A stretch of 64,000 bases of DNA from Puniceicoccaceae bacterium. Its GTDB lineage: Bacteria > Verrucomicrobiota > Verrucomicrobiia > Opitutales > Oceanipulchritudinaceae. Shown here piece after piece: positions 1-10,500 of this stretch (within the stretch, counting starts at the first letter, position 1; each line of letters opens with the position of its first letter). The notes under the pieces were generated by a model. It did not search any database and was not told where the DNA came from. It saw nothing but the letters and a program-made list of their open reading frames with translations. Where the stretch lies: contig JBFOMH010000009.1 in NCBI GenBank assembly GCA_040830765.1, positions 1 to 64,000 of the forward strand. The letters run 5' to 3'. The translations under genes were made by a program, and so were the position numbers.

Positions 1-1
1 A

Positions 2-1804
2 ATCGTGCCTGAGTTGGCCGGAGAGGGCATCCCCTTCAAGACGCATGAAGAACTCAACCGGCGGGAATTGAATTGGCTCAAGACCTACTTCAAGGAACAA
101 GTCGAACCGGTCCTGACGCCACTGGCCATCGACCCGTCCCACCCCTTTCCGCAGTTCGTCAACAAGTCCCTCAATGTCCTCTTATGGCTCGATGACCCGG
201 ACACCCCGGCAACCGAGCGCATGCTCGCCTTTATCCCGGTACCGCGGATCCTTCCCCGGGTGGTGCGTATTCCCGGCGGGAAGCGATCGACGGACACCTA
301 CATCTTCCTTAGCGACATTCTCAAGCTGTTCGCCAAGCAGCTCTTCCCGGGCTACCGGGTAATGTCGGTTCATGCCTTCCGGATCACCCGGAACAGCGAC
401 CTCTATATCGACGAGGAAGAAGTTGAGAACCTCCTCCACACCATCGAAGAGGAGCTTTACAACCTGCGCAAGGGAGCAGCCGTCCGCCTTGAGATTGAGG
501 CCGACGTCCCGGATGACCTGCTCACCGAGCTGCTTCGCAGCATCAAGCTGGCCCGGCAATACGTCTTCCGCATCCATGGACCAATCAACCTGCTTCGCCT
601 CATGAGCGTTTATGACATGGTGGAGCGCAATGATCTCAAGTTCCCGGGATTCTACGCCCATCATCCGCCGGCCTTCCGGCAAAAGGAGCACATCTTCGAC
701 GCCATTCGCCAGCAGGATCATCTGCTCCACCACCCGTTCGAATCGTTTGACCCGGTGGTCGATTTCGTCCGCCAGGGAGCGTTCGATCCGGATGTATTGG
801 CGATCAAGATTACCCTCTACCGGACCAGCTCCGACTCGCCCATCGTCAAGGCCCTCATGGATGCCGCCCGCAACAACAAGCAGGTCACCGTCCTCATCGA
901 GTTGAAAGCCCGTTTTGATGAAGCCAACAACATCAACTGGGCCAAGATGATGGAAGATGCCGGGATCCATGTGGTCTATGGGCTCGTTGGCCTCAAAACC
1001 CATTGCAAGTGTTGCCTCCTCGTCCGCCGTGAGCAGGATGGCCTGCGGCACTACGCCCACCTCGGCACCGGTAATTACCACACCCGGACAGCCCGCCAGT
1101 ATACCGACCTCAGCTTCTTTACCTGCCGCAAGTCGCTCACCGGTGAGGTCGCCCAGGTCTTCAACACCTTGACCGGCTTTGCCAAGGCACCCCAGTTCCG
1201 CAACCTGCTCGTCGCCCCCTTCAGCTTGCACCGCCGGATGAACCAGTTCGTCCGCCAGGAAACCCGCAATGCCCTCAACGGGCTGCCGGCGAGAATCATC
1301 ATCAAGTGCAACTCCCTCATCGACAAGGAGACCATCGACAATCTTTACGCCGCCTCCCAGGCCGGTGTGCAGATCGATATCATTGTCCGGGGAATCTGCG
1401 GACTGGTTCCAGGGGTCCGGGGAATGAGTGAGAACATCCGGGTCCGCAGCATCCTCGGTCGATTCCTCGAGCACAGCCGCATTTACTACTTCGAAAACGC
1501 CAATGGCAAGCGGCCCCGGATCTACGCCGGCTCTGCCGACTGGATGGCCCGCAACTTCTACCGCCGCATCGAAGTCGTCTTCCCGGTCGAGCAGGAGAAC
1601 CTGCGGGAACGGATTATCGACTCCATTCTTTCAACCTACCTCTCGGACACCAAACACGCTACCCAGCTCCGGGCCAACGGTTCCTACGTCCAGGTCTCGC
1701 CATCAAGAAGGGAAGGCCCGTTGTCTGCCCAGGAAACCTTTATCGAGGAGGCTATCCAACTCTCCAAGGCGGCTGATCACGCCCAGGAGGAACAAGGCGA
1801 TTAG
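2..1804 (+). CDS. ppk1: Polyphosphate kinase 1 (5' truncated by window edge)
   Basis: Motifs [38 protein letters not shown], phospho-His [25 protein letters not shown], GSADWMxRN; frame is open to the window start. Confidence 0.97.
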   Translation: MVPELAGEGIPFKTHEELNRRELNWLKTYFKEQVEPVLTPLAIDPSHPFPQFVNKSLNVLLWLDDPDTPATERMLAFIPVPRILPRVVRIPGGKRSTDTYIFLSDILKLFAKQLFPGYRVMSVHAFRITRNSDLYIDEEEVENLLHTIEEELYNLRKGAAVRLEIEADVPDDLLTELLRSIKLARQYVFRIHGPINLLRLMSVYDMVERNDLKFPGFYAHHPPAFRQKEHIFDAIRQQDHLLHHPFESFDPVVDFVRQGAFDPDVLAIKITLYRTSSDSPIVKALMDAARNNKQVTVLIELKARFDEANNINWAKMMEDAGIHVVYGLVGLKTHCKCCLLVRREQDGLRHYAHLGTGNYHTRTARQYTDLSFFTCRKSLTGEVAQVFNTLTGFAKAPQFRNLLVAPFSLHRRMNQFVRQETRNALNGLPARIIIKCNSLIDKETIDNLYAASQAGVQIDIIVRGICGLVPGVRGMSENIRVRSILGRFLEHSRIYYFENANGKRPRIYAGSADWMARNFYRRIEVVFPVEQENLRERIIDSILSTYLSDTKHATQLRANGSYVQVSPSRREGPLSAQETFIEEAIQLSKAADHAQEEQGD

Positions 1805-1950
1805 CCGTAATGCCTTGCCAGAAGAAAATTTAATCCGAGCATCTGCTTTAATTAGATATGCTAATTCATTGACATGCGGGCCCATTCCTGCATCAAACCA
1901 CTACGAAGATGACTTAATGCCTTCTGGCACTTAGTCCCAATCACCTTTAA

Positions 1951-3267
<1,317 letters not shown>

Positions 3268-3295
3268 TCAGTAGCGATAGATTAACTACACTTTC

Positions 3296-3327
3296 AACGG
3301 CACTCCGCAAGGGGTGCCGTTTTTTTT
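3296..3327 (+). terminator. Rho-independent terminator after eno
   Basis: AACGGCACTCC-GCAA-GGGGTGCCGTT stem with GNRA loop followed by a T run. Confidence 0.9.
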
Positions 3328-3334
3328 AATATCC

Positions 3335-3392
3335 AAGGAGTCGGCCCTTCAGGGCCGGTTGCGCTGGACCGGCCCTGAAGGGCCGACTCCTT
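3335..3392. repeat. 25-bp perfect inverted repeat made of two internally palindromic units (REP doublet/REPIN-like)
   Basis: AAGGAGTCGGCCCTTCAGGGCCGGT (3335-3359), 8-nt spacer, exact reverse complement (3368-3392); each arm contains CGGCCCT-N2-AGGGCCG. Confidence 0.85.
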
Positions 3393-3397
3393 AAGTT

Positions 3398-4246
3398 TTA
3401 CTTCGGCTTCCACGCGAAGAGGAAGCGGTCCCGACCGGTGTCGTCCTTTTCCACTACACAATCCCGGTAGCCGGCTGCGCCGGCGTAACCGGCAAGGGCC
3501 TCTCCGTGGCCAATCCCCATCTCCAGGGCGAGAAGTCCTCCGGGGGCAAGGCAATTGACCGCGGCATCGATGATTTGACGCAAATCAGTGAGGCCCTTGT
3601 CAGCCGCCACCAGTGCTTCCCTTGGCTCGTGCTCCCGGACTTCGCGCCGGGCCTCCGCCCACTCCTGATCAGTCAGGTAGGGTGGATTGGAGACGATGCA
3701 ATCCGCCTCCAGGTCGAGACCCTCCAGCCAATTGCCGGAACGGAAGGCCACCCGGTCCCGCAGCTCCAGGGCCTCTGCGTTAGCCCGGGCCAGCTGGAGG
3801 GCATCCGGACTCTTTTCCACGGCCAGAACCTTGGCCTCCGGGAGCGCCTTGGCCAGTGCCAGTGCGATGGCCCCACTGCCAGTGCCGAGGTCGATAATCC
3901 TTTGCGCCTGCTTGTCCTTGAGGCGCTGGAGGACCTTCTCCACCAGCAGTTCCGTCTCCGGCCGGGGAATGAGGACCCCGGGTGCGACAGAGAGACGAAC
4001 TTCGTGAAAGTCAACCTGGCCGAGAATGTACTGCAGCGGTTCCCCCGAGGCCCGCCGCTTGATCCGCTTGCGCATTTCTGCGAGGACCTCCTCTGGAAGT
4101 GGTTTGTCATGCTGCAGGAAGAGTTCCAGTCGGGGGATGCCCATGCAGTCGGAAAGGAGCCACTCGGCATCTATCTTGGGTGTTTCCACACCGGACTTGG
4201 CAAGGAACGCCTCGGACTTTTGCAGGACTTCAATGACGGATTGCAT
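3398..4246 (-). CDS. prmC: Release factor glutamine methyltransferase
   Basis: GEPLQYILG, VLIPRPETE, DLGTGSG SAM motif, SNPPY; directly downstream of prfA. Confidence 0.97.
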   Translation of the reverse strand: MQSVIEVLQKSEAFLAKSGVETPKIDAEWLLSDCMGIPRLELFLQHDKPLPEEVLAEMRKRIKRRASGEPLQYILGQVDFHEVRLSVAPGVLIPRPETELLVEKVLQRLKDKQAQRIIDLGTGSGAIALALAKALPEAKVLAVEKSPDALQLARANAEALELRDRVAFRSGNWLEGLDLEADCIVSNPPYLTDQEWAEARREVREHEPREALVAADKGLTDLRQIIDAAVNCLAPGGLLALEMGIGHGEALAGYAGAAGYRDCVVEKDDTGRDRFLFAWKPK

Positions 4247-4266
4247 GGAACCGGAATGCGGCCGCG

Positions 4267-5361
4267 TTAACCTGCCCCACCTTCACTGAGCAGATTCTCG
4301 ATACGGGATTTCTTGTCCGCCTCCTGAAGAGCTTCGATAACAGGATTGAGGTTACCTTCAACCAGTTCGTCGAGACTGTAGAGGGTCAGATTGATACGGT
4401 GGTCGGTCATCCGCCCTTGGGGAAAATTGTAGGTGCGGATCCGTTCCGAGCGGTCCCCACTGCCCACCTGGCTCTTGCGGTTCGCGGCATACTTCTCCTG
4501 CTCTTCCCGCTCCTTCTGTTCCAGAAGACGGGAACGCAAGACCTTCATGGCCTTGTTCTTGTTCTTCAACTGGGAACGCTCGTCCGCACACTTGACAATC
4601 ATACCGGTCGGCTTGTGCAGGATTTGCACGGCAGAGTCGGTGGTGTTGACACCCTGGCCGCCGGGGCCGCTGGCCCGGGCAACCGTGATCTCCAGTTCTG
4701 CCGGATCGATCTGAACATCCACTTCCTCAGCTTCCGGTAGAACCGCCACGGTCGCCGCGGAGGTGTGGATGCGACCGCCGGCTTCAGTGACCGGTACGCG
4801 CTGCACCCGGTGGACGCCGCTCTCCCATTTCAAGTCGCGGTAGACAGAATCCCCACTAATCAGGAAAATCACTTCCTTGAACCCGCCCACTTCGGACTCG
4901 CTGGCGTTCATCACCTCGGTCCGCCAACCCTTTTGCTCGGCAAAACGGGAGTACATGCGGTACAGATCACCGGCGAACAGCGAAGCTTCATCGCCTCCGG
5001 TTCCGGCCCGGATCTCCATGATCGTGTTCCGGGAATCGCTGGCATCCGGAGGCAGCATGGACTCCAGAACTTGGCCGTAGAGCGTTTCCAACTCCTCCTC
5101 CAATTCGGGAATTTCCGCCTCAGCCAGCTCTTTTAACTCTTCGTCAGCCTCGGGTTCCTCTGCCAGCTCGCGATTTTCCTGCAGCTGCTTTTCGGCTTCC
5201 GCGTAACGGTCGCGCAAGGCCACCAGATGCGTCAGCTTCTGGTGTTCCCGGGCAACGTCAGCGGCCTTGCGGGCATCGCTGTAGAAATCCGGCTCTGCCA
5301 TCTGCTGGTCCAGTTCGGACAGGCGTTCGACAAAAGGTGCAAGGTCGGGAAGGTCGGGCAT
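4267..5361 (-). CDS. prfA: Peptide chain release factor 1
   Basis: [25 protein letters not shown] (RF1 PVT motif), [18 protein letters not shown]. Confidence 0.98.
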   Translation of the reverse strand: MPDLPDLAPFVERLSELDQQMAEPDFYSDARKAADVAREHQKLTHLVALRDRYAEAEKQLQENRELAEEPEADEELKELAEAEIPELEEELETLYGQVLESMLPPDASDSRNTIMEIRAGTGGDEASLFAGDLYRMYSRFAEQKGWRTEVMNASESEVGGFKEVIFLISGDSVYRDLKWESGVHRVQRVPVTEAGGRIHTSAATVAVLPEAEEVDVQIDPAELEITVARASGPGGQGVNTTDSAVQILHKPTGMIVKCADERSQLKNKNKAMKVLRSRLLEQKEREEQEKYAANRKSQVGSGDRSERIRTYNFPQGRMTDHRINLTLYSLDELVEGNLNPVIEALQEADKKSRIENLLSEGGAG

Positions 5362-5521
5362 GGTTCGTGGAAATCACCCACCGTAGGGGCAATGGTGTCG
5401 CAGGCAACTCCTATTCACCCAGCGATGGACGGCCACCTGCCCATATGCAAGGTTTGACTTGTAGCAGGAGAATCTGGTGCGTTAGTGTGCATCGACTCGA
5501 TAACCGATTTCCGACCAAGCC

Positions 5522-6907
5522 ATGTCACTGGATAAACCACCTTCTGTTCTCATTGCCGACGATCAACAAGAAATCCTGCAGGCTCTGCGCGTGCTCCTCC
5601 GCGGCGAGGGCTGCAAGGTCAAGACAGTCAACACACCGGATGAAGCCCTTGATGCACTCGCCCACCATCCCTTTGACGTTGCCTTGATCGACCTCAACTA
5701 CGCCCGTGACACCACCAGTGGCCAGGAGGGCCTCGATCTTATCCATTCCATCCGCAAACTGGATTCCTCGCTGCCCATAGTCGTCATGACGGCCTGGGCC
5801 ACGATTGACCTGGCTGTGGAGTGCATGCGGCGAGGGGCTGCTGACTTCATGCAAAAGCCGTGGGAAAACGCCCGCGTCACCGCCACCGTTTTCAACCAGA
5901 CTGAATTTTACCGGGCCAAGCGGCGGGCAACCGTTCTCGAGGATGAAAACCGCGCCCTCAAGGAAAGCAAATCAAGGGACTTCCTCGCCAAGTCGGACAT
6001 CATGCGTCCCATCCTTGAAGTCATGCACAAGGTGGCTCCGTCGGATGCCAATATCCTCATCACCGGGGAGAACGGGACCGGCAAGGGTGTCGCTGCGCGC
6101 TACATCCACAGCCGCTCAAGCCGCTCCACCGAACCGTTTGTCTCCATCAACATGGGCGGCCTGGCTTCCGGGGTGGCCGAAAGTGAACTATTTGGACACG
6201 TCAAGGGCGCATTCACTGATGCCAAGTCCGACCGTGCCGGCCGCTTCGAAATGGCCGACGGGGGGACGCTCTTCATGGATGAAATCGGCAACCTACCCAT
6301 GGAGCAGCAGCAGAAACTGCTTCGCGTCCTCGAGACCGGGGAGTTCGAGCGGGTAGGATCTTCGCGCACCCTCAAGGTCAATGTCCGCATTATCAGCGCT
6401 ACCAACTCCGATCTCCAGAAATCTGTCCGCGAGGGCAAATTTCGCGAGGACCTTCTCTACCGGCTCAATACCATTCCTGTTCATCTACCGCCGCTGCGGG
6501 AACGCAAGGGGGATGTCGAACTCCTTGCCAATCACTTTCTCCAACGTCACATCAAGCGCTACAATAAGCAGATTGACGGATTGATGGACAAAGCCGTGGA
6601 AGCCCTCCTGCAGTACAACTGGCCGGGCAATGTTCGTGAGCTGGACCACACAATCGAACGCTCGGTCCTGCTTTCCAGCGGCAATGAAATCCGGGTTTCC
6701 GACCTCGGCCTGATACCAACAGCGGCACCGGGTGATGAGGGCGCAACAGGCGGACCCAGCCTTGATGACATGAGCCTTGAGGATGTTGAAAAATACCTCA
6801 TCCAGCGAACCCTCAAGCGCAACGATGGCAACGCCACCAAGACAGCCCAGGACCTTGGGCTCTCCCGTTCCGCCTTCTACCGGCGCCTGCAACGATTCGG
6901 CCTCTGA
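5522..6907 (+). CDS. Sigma54-dependent response regulator (NtrC family: REC-AAA+-Fis HTH)
   Basis: Receiver (ADD...IDLN...MTA...QKPW), Walker A GENGTGK, ESELFGHVKGAFTDA, TLFMDEIG, FREDLLYRLN, WPGNVREL, C-terminal LGLSRSAFYRRL. Confidence 0.95.
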   Translation: MSLDKPPSVLIADDQQEILQALRVLLRGEGCKVKTVNTPDEALDALAHHPFDVALIDLNYARDTTSGQEGLDLIHSIRKLDSSLPIVVMTAWATIDLAVECMRRGAADFMQKPWENARVTATVFNQTEFYRAKRRATVLEDENRALKESKSRDFLAKSDIMRPILEVMHKVAPSDANILITGENGTGKGVAARYIHSRSSRSTEPFVSINMGGLASGVAESELFGHVKGAFTDAKSDRAGRFEMADGGTLFMDEIGNLPMEQQQKLLRVLETGEFERVGSSRTLKVNVRIISATNSDLQKSVREGKFREDLLYRLNTIPVHLPPLRERKGDVELLANHFLQRHIKRYNKQIDGLMDKAVEALLQYNWPGNVRELDHTIERSVLLSSGNEIRVSDLGLIPTAAPGDEGATGGPSLDDMSLEDVEKYLIQRTLKRNDGNATKTAQDLGLSRSAFYRRLQRFGL

Positions 6908-6929
6908 GGCGTCCACTTCCACCTATCGC

Positions 6930-8261
6930 ATGGTCAATTACTTAAAACGGCGCCTCAGCCACCAGAACCGGGTCAAGCTCTTCGCTTTCCTGTGCGGGCT
7001 TCCGGGGCTTCTTGCCGCGATCATCCTCATGATCGCCGGAGACTACCCGTTGAAGGTCTACATGACTGTCTTCATTCTCGTTGGGGCAGCCTGGGTGTTC
7101 TTCAGCATCCGCTTGCAAATGCTCATCATCCACCCACTCCAGACGGCCTCCAACATGCTTTCGGGCCTACGGGAGGGGGACTTCTCCCTGCATGCCAGTT
7201 ATGTCAGTGAAGTTGATCCTTTGGGCCAGCTGATGCTGGAGATCAATCTTCTCACGGATGTCCTCGCTTCCCATCGAATGGATGCCATGGAGTCGCATGC
7301 CCTCATGGACAAGGTGATCGAGGAAATTGATGCCGCGGTGATGACCTTTGACCCAGACCGCCGCCTGACCTTGGCCAATCCACCGGCCCTCAAGGTTCTC
7401 AACATCCAACGGGAGGAGATCCGCAACTATTTTGCCGCCGAGCTGAACCTCGACAAGGCCCTCGACAGTCCTCCGAACGCCACCATCCACCATCCCAATC
7501 CCGAGAAACCCGGCCGCTTTACGGTCCGGCGGGGTCACTACCGGGTCGGTGGCCAGCCTCACGAGCTCCTCATCCTCATCGACTTGAGCCGCAACCTTCG
7601 TGAGGAGGAACTGCTGGCATGGAAGCGACTCATCCGTGTCATCGGCCATGAGCTGAATAACTCCATGGCGCCCATCAAATCTTTGGCCGAGAGTCTTCAG
7701 AAAATTGCCCAGCTGCCGGAACCCGAAGAAGAGGACCGCATGGACCTGACAGAGGGGCTGGAAACCATCCGACAACGGGCCGATGCCCTAACCCGCTTTG
7801 TACAGGAATACGCCCGTCTGGCCAAGTTGCCCCCGCCGAAACTCAAGGCCTTCTCCCTCCAGGCCATGGTCCGGCGCATTGCTTCCCTATATGACCAGCC
7901 AAAGGTCGAGCTGGACGGTCGATGCCCCGACGTAACCATCAAGGCCGATCCCGATCAACTGGAACAGGCCCTCCTCAATCTCATCAAGAATGCCGTTGAG
8001 GCCGCCTCCCTGACAGATGGTGCAGTCAAAGTCTGCTGGCAGATGGAAAGCGAAACGCTGACCCTCCATGTCGAGGATACGGGACCAGGCATCGCCAATC
8101 CGGACAATATCTTCATCCCGTTCTTCTCCACCAAGAAGGGTGGATCCGGTATTGGGCTGACCCTTTCCCGGCAAATCATCGAAGGACACGATGGCACCAT
8201 TGAATTGACCAACCGGGAAGACACCACCGGTTGCCGGGCAACCATCCAACTGCCCCAGTAG
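6930..8261 (+). CDS. Sensor histidine kinase (NtrY-like; 2 TM, PAS-like, HATPase)
   Basis: Start moved to ATG 6930 after the regulator stop; H-box RVIGHELNNS, N-box NLIKNA, DTGPGI, F-box FIPFFSTK, GSGIGL. Confidence 0.92.
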   Translation: MVNYLKRRLSHQNRVKLFAFLCGLPGLLAAIILMIAGDYPLKVYMTVFILVGAAWVFFSIRLQMLIIHPLQTASNMLSGLREGDFSLHASYVSEVDPLGQLMLEINLLTDVLASHRMDAMESHALMDKVIEEIDAAVMTFDPDRRLTLANPPALKVLNIQREEIRNYFAAELNLDKALDSPPNATIHHPNPEKPGRFTVRRGHYRVGGQPHELLILIDLSRNLREEELLAWKRLIRVIGHELNNSMAPIKSLAESLQKIAQLPEPEEEDRMDLTEGLETIRQRADALTRFVQEYARLAKLPPPKLKAFSLQAMVRRIASLYDQPKVELDGRCPDVTIKADPDQLEQALLNLIKNAVEAASLTDGAVKVCWQMESETLTLHVEDTGPGIANPDNIFIPFFSTKKGGSGIGLTLSRQIIEGHDGTIELTNREDTTGCRATIQLPQ

Positions 8262-8275
8262 TCGTCAAACTCCAC

Positions 8276-8314
8276 GTCCCATTTGTGGGACTTAAACTGT
8301 TCCGATATTGGGAC
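8276..8314. promoter_or_regulatory. Two tandem palindromic upstream activator sites (probable binding sites of the adjacent NtrC-type regulator)
   Basis: GTCCCA-TTTG-TGGGAC (8276-8291, perfect) and GTTCCG-ATAT-TGGGAC (8299-8314), 23 bp apart, about 85-125 bp upstream of the sigma54 -24 element. Confidence 0.7.
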
Positions 8315-8356
8315 GATGTTCCTTCGGCAATCGGGAGAGCCTGGAATGGTAATTTT

Positions 8357-8381
8357 TAAGTTATTAATAAATAACAACTTA
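8357..8381. promoter_or_regulatory. AT-rich IHF-like bending site between enhancer and sigma54 promoter
   Basis: Minus strand TATTAATAACTTA (1 mismatch to WATCAANNNNTTR) and plus strand AAATAACAACTTA (2 mismatches). Confidence 0.55.
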
Positions 8382-8399
8382 TGAAATCCACTAATGCAT

Positions 8400-8415
8400 T
8401 GGCACCGGCATTGCT
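8400..8415 (+). promoter_or_regulatory. Sigma54 (-24/-12) promoter of the exporter operon
   Basis: TGGCAC-CGGCA-TTGCT with exact GG-N10-GC spacing, about 45 bp before ATG 8460 and next to a sigma54 activator gene. Confidence 0.88.
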
Positions 8416-8459
8416 CAAGATACGCATTCCAGGTTTGTTCTCAACTAGATTCAGTTTCA

Positions 8460-9713
8460 ATGGATATCGTAAGAAGTGACTTAAAAAAGAAGAAGCAGCG
8501 CAGGAATTTATTCCTCGGAATCGGCGGATTCGTCGGTCTGGCCATCCTTGCTTTCTTTATTTTCTCAATGGATCCGGCGGCCCCGTCGATTGATCGCTCT
8601 TCCGTCTGGATAGGCGAAGTGAAGCGCGGCCCACTGGAAGTAAACGTCCGGGGCATTGGCACCCTCGTACCGGAGGACTTGCGCTGGATTACGGCCCAGA
8701 CCAACGGCAGCGTGGAGGAAATCCATATCCTCCCGGGCGCAGCTGTGGAACCGGAGACCGTCATCCTGCAATTGGCTAATCCGGAACTGCAACAAAGCTT
8801 CCGCAATGCTGAGCTGCAATTGGCCTCCGCGGAAGCCCAATTGGCCAACCAGAGGGTCCGCGAGGAGGACGGATTGCTCGAGATGGAATATCAGCTGGCC
8901 CAGTTGGAAGCCAGTTTCGAAAACGCCAAACTCGATGTCCGGGTGAACGAAGAACTCTTTTCCGAGGGCCTGGTCGCTGAACGGGATCTCCTCCGCTCGC
9001 AACTGTCCAAGGAGCAGTTGGAACGCCAGACCGAGATCATGCGCCGCCGGCTCGACACACGCCGCAAGCAGGTGGAACAGAACCTTGCCCCTGCCCTTGC
9101 CAGTGTTGACCAGGAGAAGGAGCGGGTCGCCCTCCTCCGCCAACAGGTTGCCGACCTCTCAGTCCGGGCCGGCCTCACCGGTATCCTGCAACGGCTTCCG
9201 CTCGAGGAAGGCCAGCAGGTGACGACCGGTACGCAGTTGGCACAAGTCGCTGACCCGACCCGTCTCAAGGCTGTTGTCCGGATTCCGGAAACACAGGCCA
9301 AGGATGTCCAGATCGGGCAAGAGGCAACCATTGATACCCGCAACGGCACCGTCAAAGGCGAGGTCTCACGAGTCAACCCAACGGTCGTCGCCGGTACGGT
9401 TGATGTCGATGTGAAGATTACCGGTGAACTACCGCGCGGCGCGCGGGCCGACCTCACCGTGGAAGGTATTGTCTCCCTGGCCAGCCTTTCCGACGTGCTC
9501 TATGTCGGCCGTTCTTCATCAGCCCGGGAAAACGGCACCATGGGCATTTTCAAGCTCAGTCCGGACGGCGAATCCGCAGAACGCACCCAGGTCGTTTTCG
9601 GTAAGAGCTCGGTCAGCGAAATCCAAGTCGTCTCCGGCCTTTCCATCGGCGACCGGATCATTCTTTCCGACACCAGCCAGTACGATGACAACGACCGGCT
9701 GCGTCTCAACTAA
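8460..9713 (+). CDS. Periplasmic adaptor / membrane fusion protein (HlyD/MacA-like)
   Basis: Start MDIVR at ATG 8460; N-terminal TM, VKRGPL...GTLVP, coiled coil, VRAGLTG lipoyl half, VVFGKSS...IQVVSGL..GDRII. Confidence 0.93.
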   Translation: MDIVRSDLKKKKQRRNLFLGIGGFVGLAILAFFIFSMDPAAPSIDRSSVWIGEVKRGPLEVNVRGIGTLVPEDLRWITAQTNGSVEEIHILPGAAVEPETVILQLANPELQQSFRNAELQLASAEAQLANQRVREEDGLLEMEYQLAQLEASFENAKLDVRVNEELFSEGLVAERDLLRSQLSKEQLERQTEIMRRRLDTRRKQVEQNLAPALASVDQEKERVALLRQQVADLSVRAGLTGILQRLPLEEGQQVTTGTQLAQVADPTRLKAVVRIPETQAKDVQIGQEATIDTRNGTVKGEVSRVNPTVVAGTVDVDVKITGELPRGARADLTVEGIVSLASLSDVLYVGRSSSARENGTMGIFKLSPDGESAERTQVVFGKSSVSEIQVVSGLSIGDRIILSDTSQYDDNDRLRLN

Positions 9714-9756
9714 CCTGAATATTTAACAGACAACATACATCATCAAAGGACACATC

Positions 9757-10473
9757 ATGAACGAAACCCTAATCAAACTGGACGGCATAACAAAGGTCTT
9801 CCTGACGGATGAAATCGAAACCCATGCCCTTTCAGGAATCCACCTGGAGATCAAGAAAGGCGAATTCATTTCCATCTCCGGCCCCTCGGGCTGTGGAAAG
9901 TCCACCTTGCTGTCCATCCTTGGCCTCCTCGAGAGCCCGACCGACGGGGATTACATCCTCAACAACAACAATGTCTCCAATCTTTCCCTCGAACAACGGG
10001 CCAAGATTCGGAACCTGGAGATCGGATTCATTTTCCAAAGCTTCAACCTTATCGGCGACCTTTCGGTCATTGAAAACGTCGAGCTGCCGCTGGCCTACCG
10101 CGGCCTCAAGCAGGCCGAACGGCGGAAGATGGCCAGTGCGGCCTTGGAGAAGGTGGAAATGATTCACCGCCAAAAGCACTTGCCGAGCCAGCTCTCCGGT
10201 GGTCAGCAACAGCGTGTCGCGGTCGCCCGCGCCCTTGCCGGCAACCCGAAGATCCTCCTCGCCGACGAACCGACTGGTAATCTCGACTCCAAGAACGGGA
10301 CCGTCGTCATGGACATGCTCTCCGAGCTCAACAAGGAAGGAACGACCATTTGCATGGTCACGCACGACGACCGTTATGCTCACGTTGCCAACCGCATTGT
10401 TCACCTCTTCGACGGCAAGATTGTCGACGAGGAAACCGAGGTTGAGCACTTCCCTCTTCCGGCCGAAGCCTGA
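9757..10473 (+). CDS. ABC transporter ATP-binding protein (LolD/MacB-type)
   Basis: [47 protein letters not shown]. Confidence 0.97.
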   Translation: MNETLIKLDGITKVFLTDEIETHALSGIHLEIKKGEFISISGPSGCGKSTLLSILGLLESPTDGDYILNNNNVSNLSLEQRAKIRNLEIGFIFQSFNLIGDLSVIENVELPLAYRGLKQAERRKMASAALEKVEMIHRQKHLPSQLSGGQQQRVAVARALAGNPKILLADEPTGNLDSKNGTVVMDMLSELNKEGTTICMVTHDDRYAHVANRIVHLFDGKIVDEETEVEHFPLPAEA

Positions 10474-10500
10474 GCCGGGCCCGCCCGGCAAAGCTGACTT

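Noticed and set aside
1925..1940. Sigma54 promoter upstream of eno (TGGCAC)
   Set aside because: No GC at the -12 position; the sequence reads CA there.
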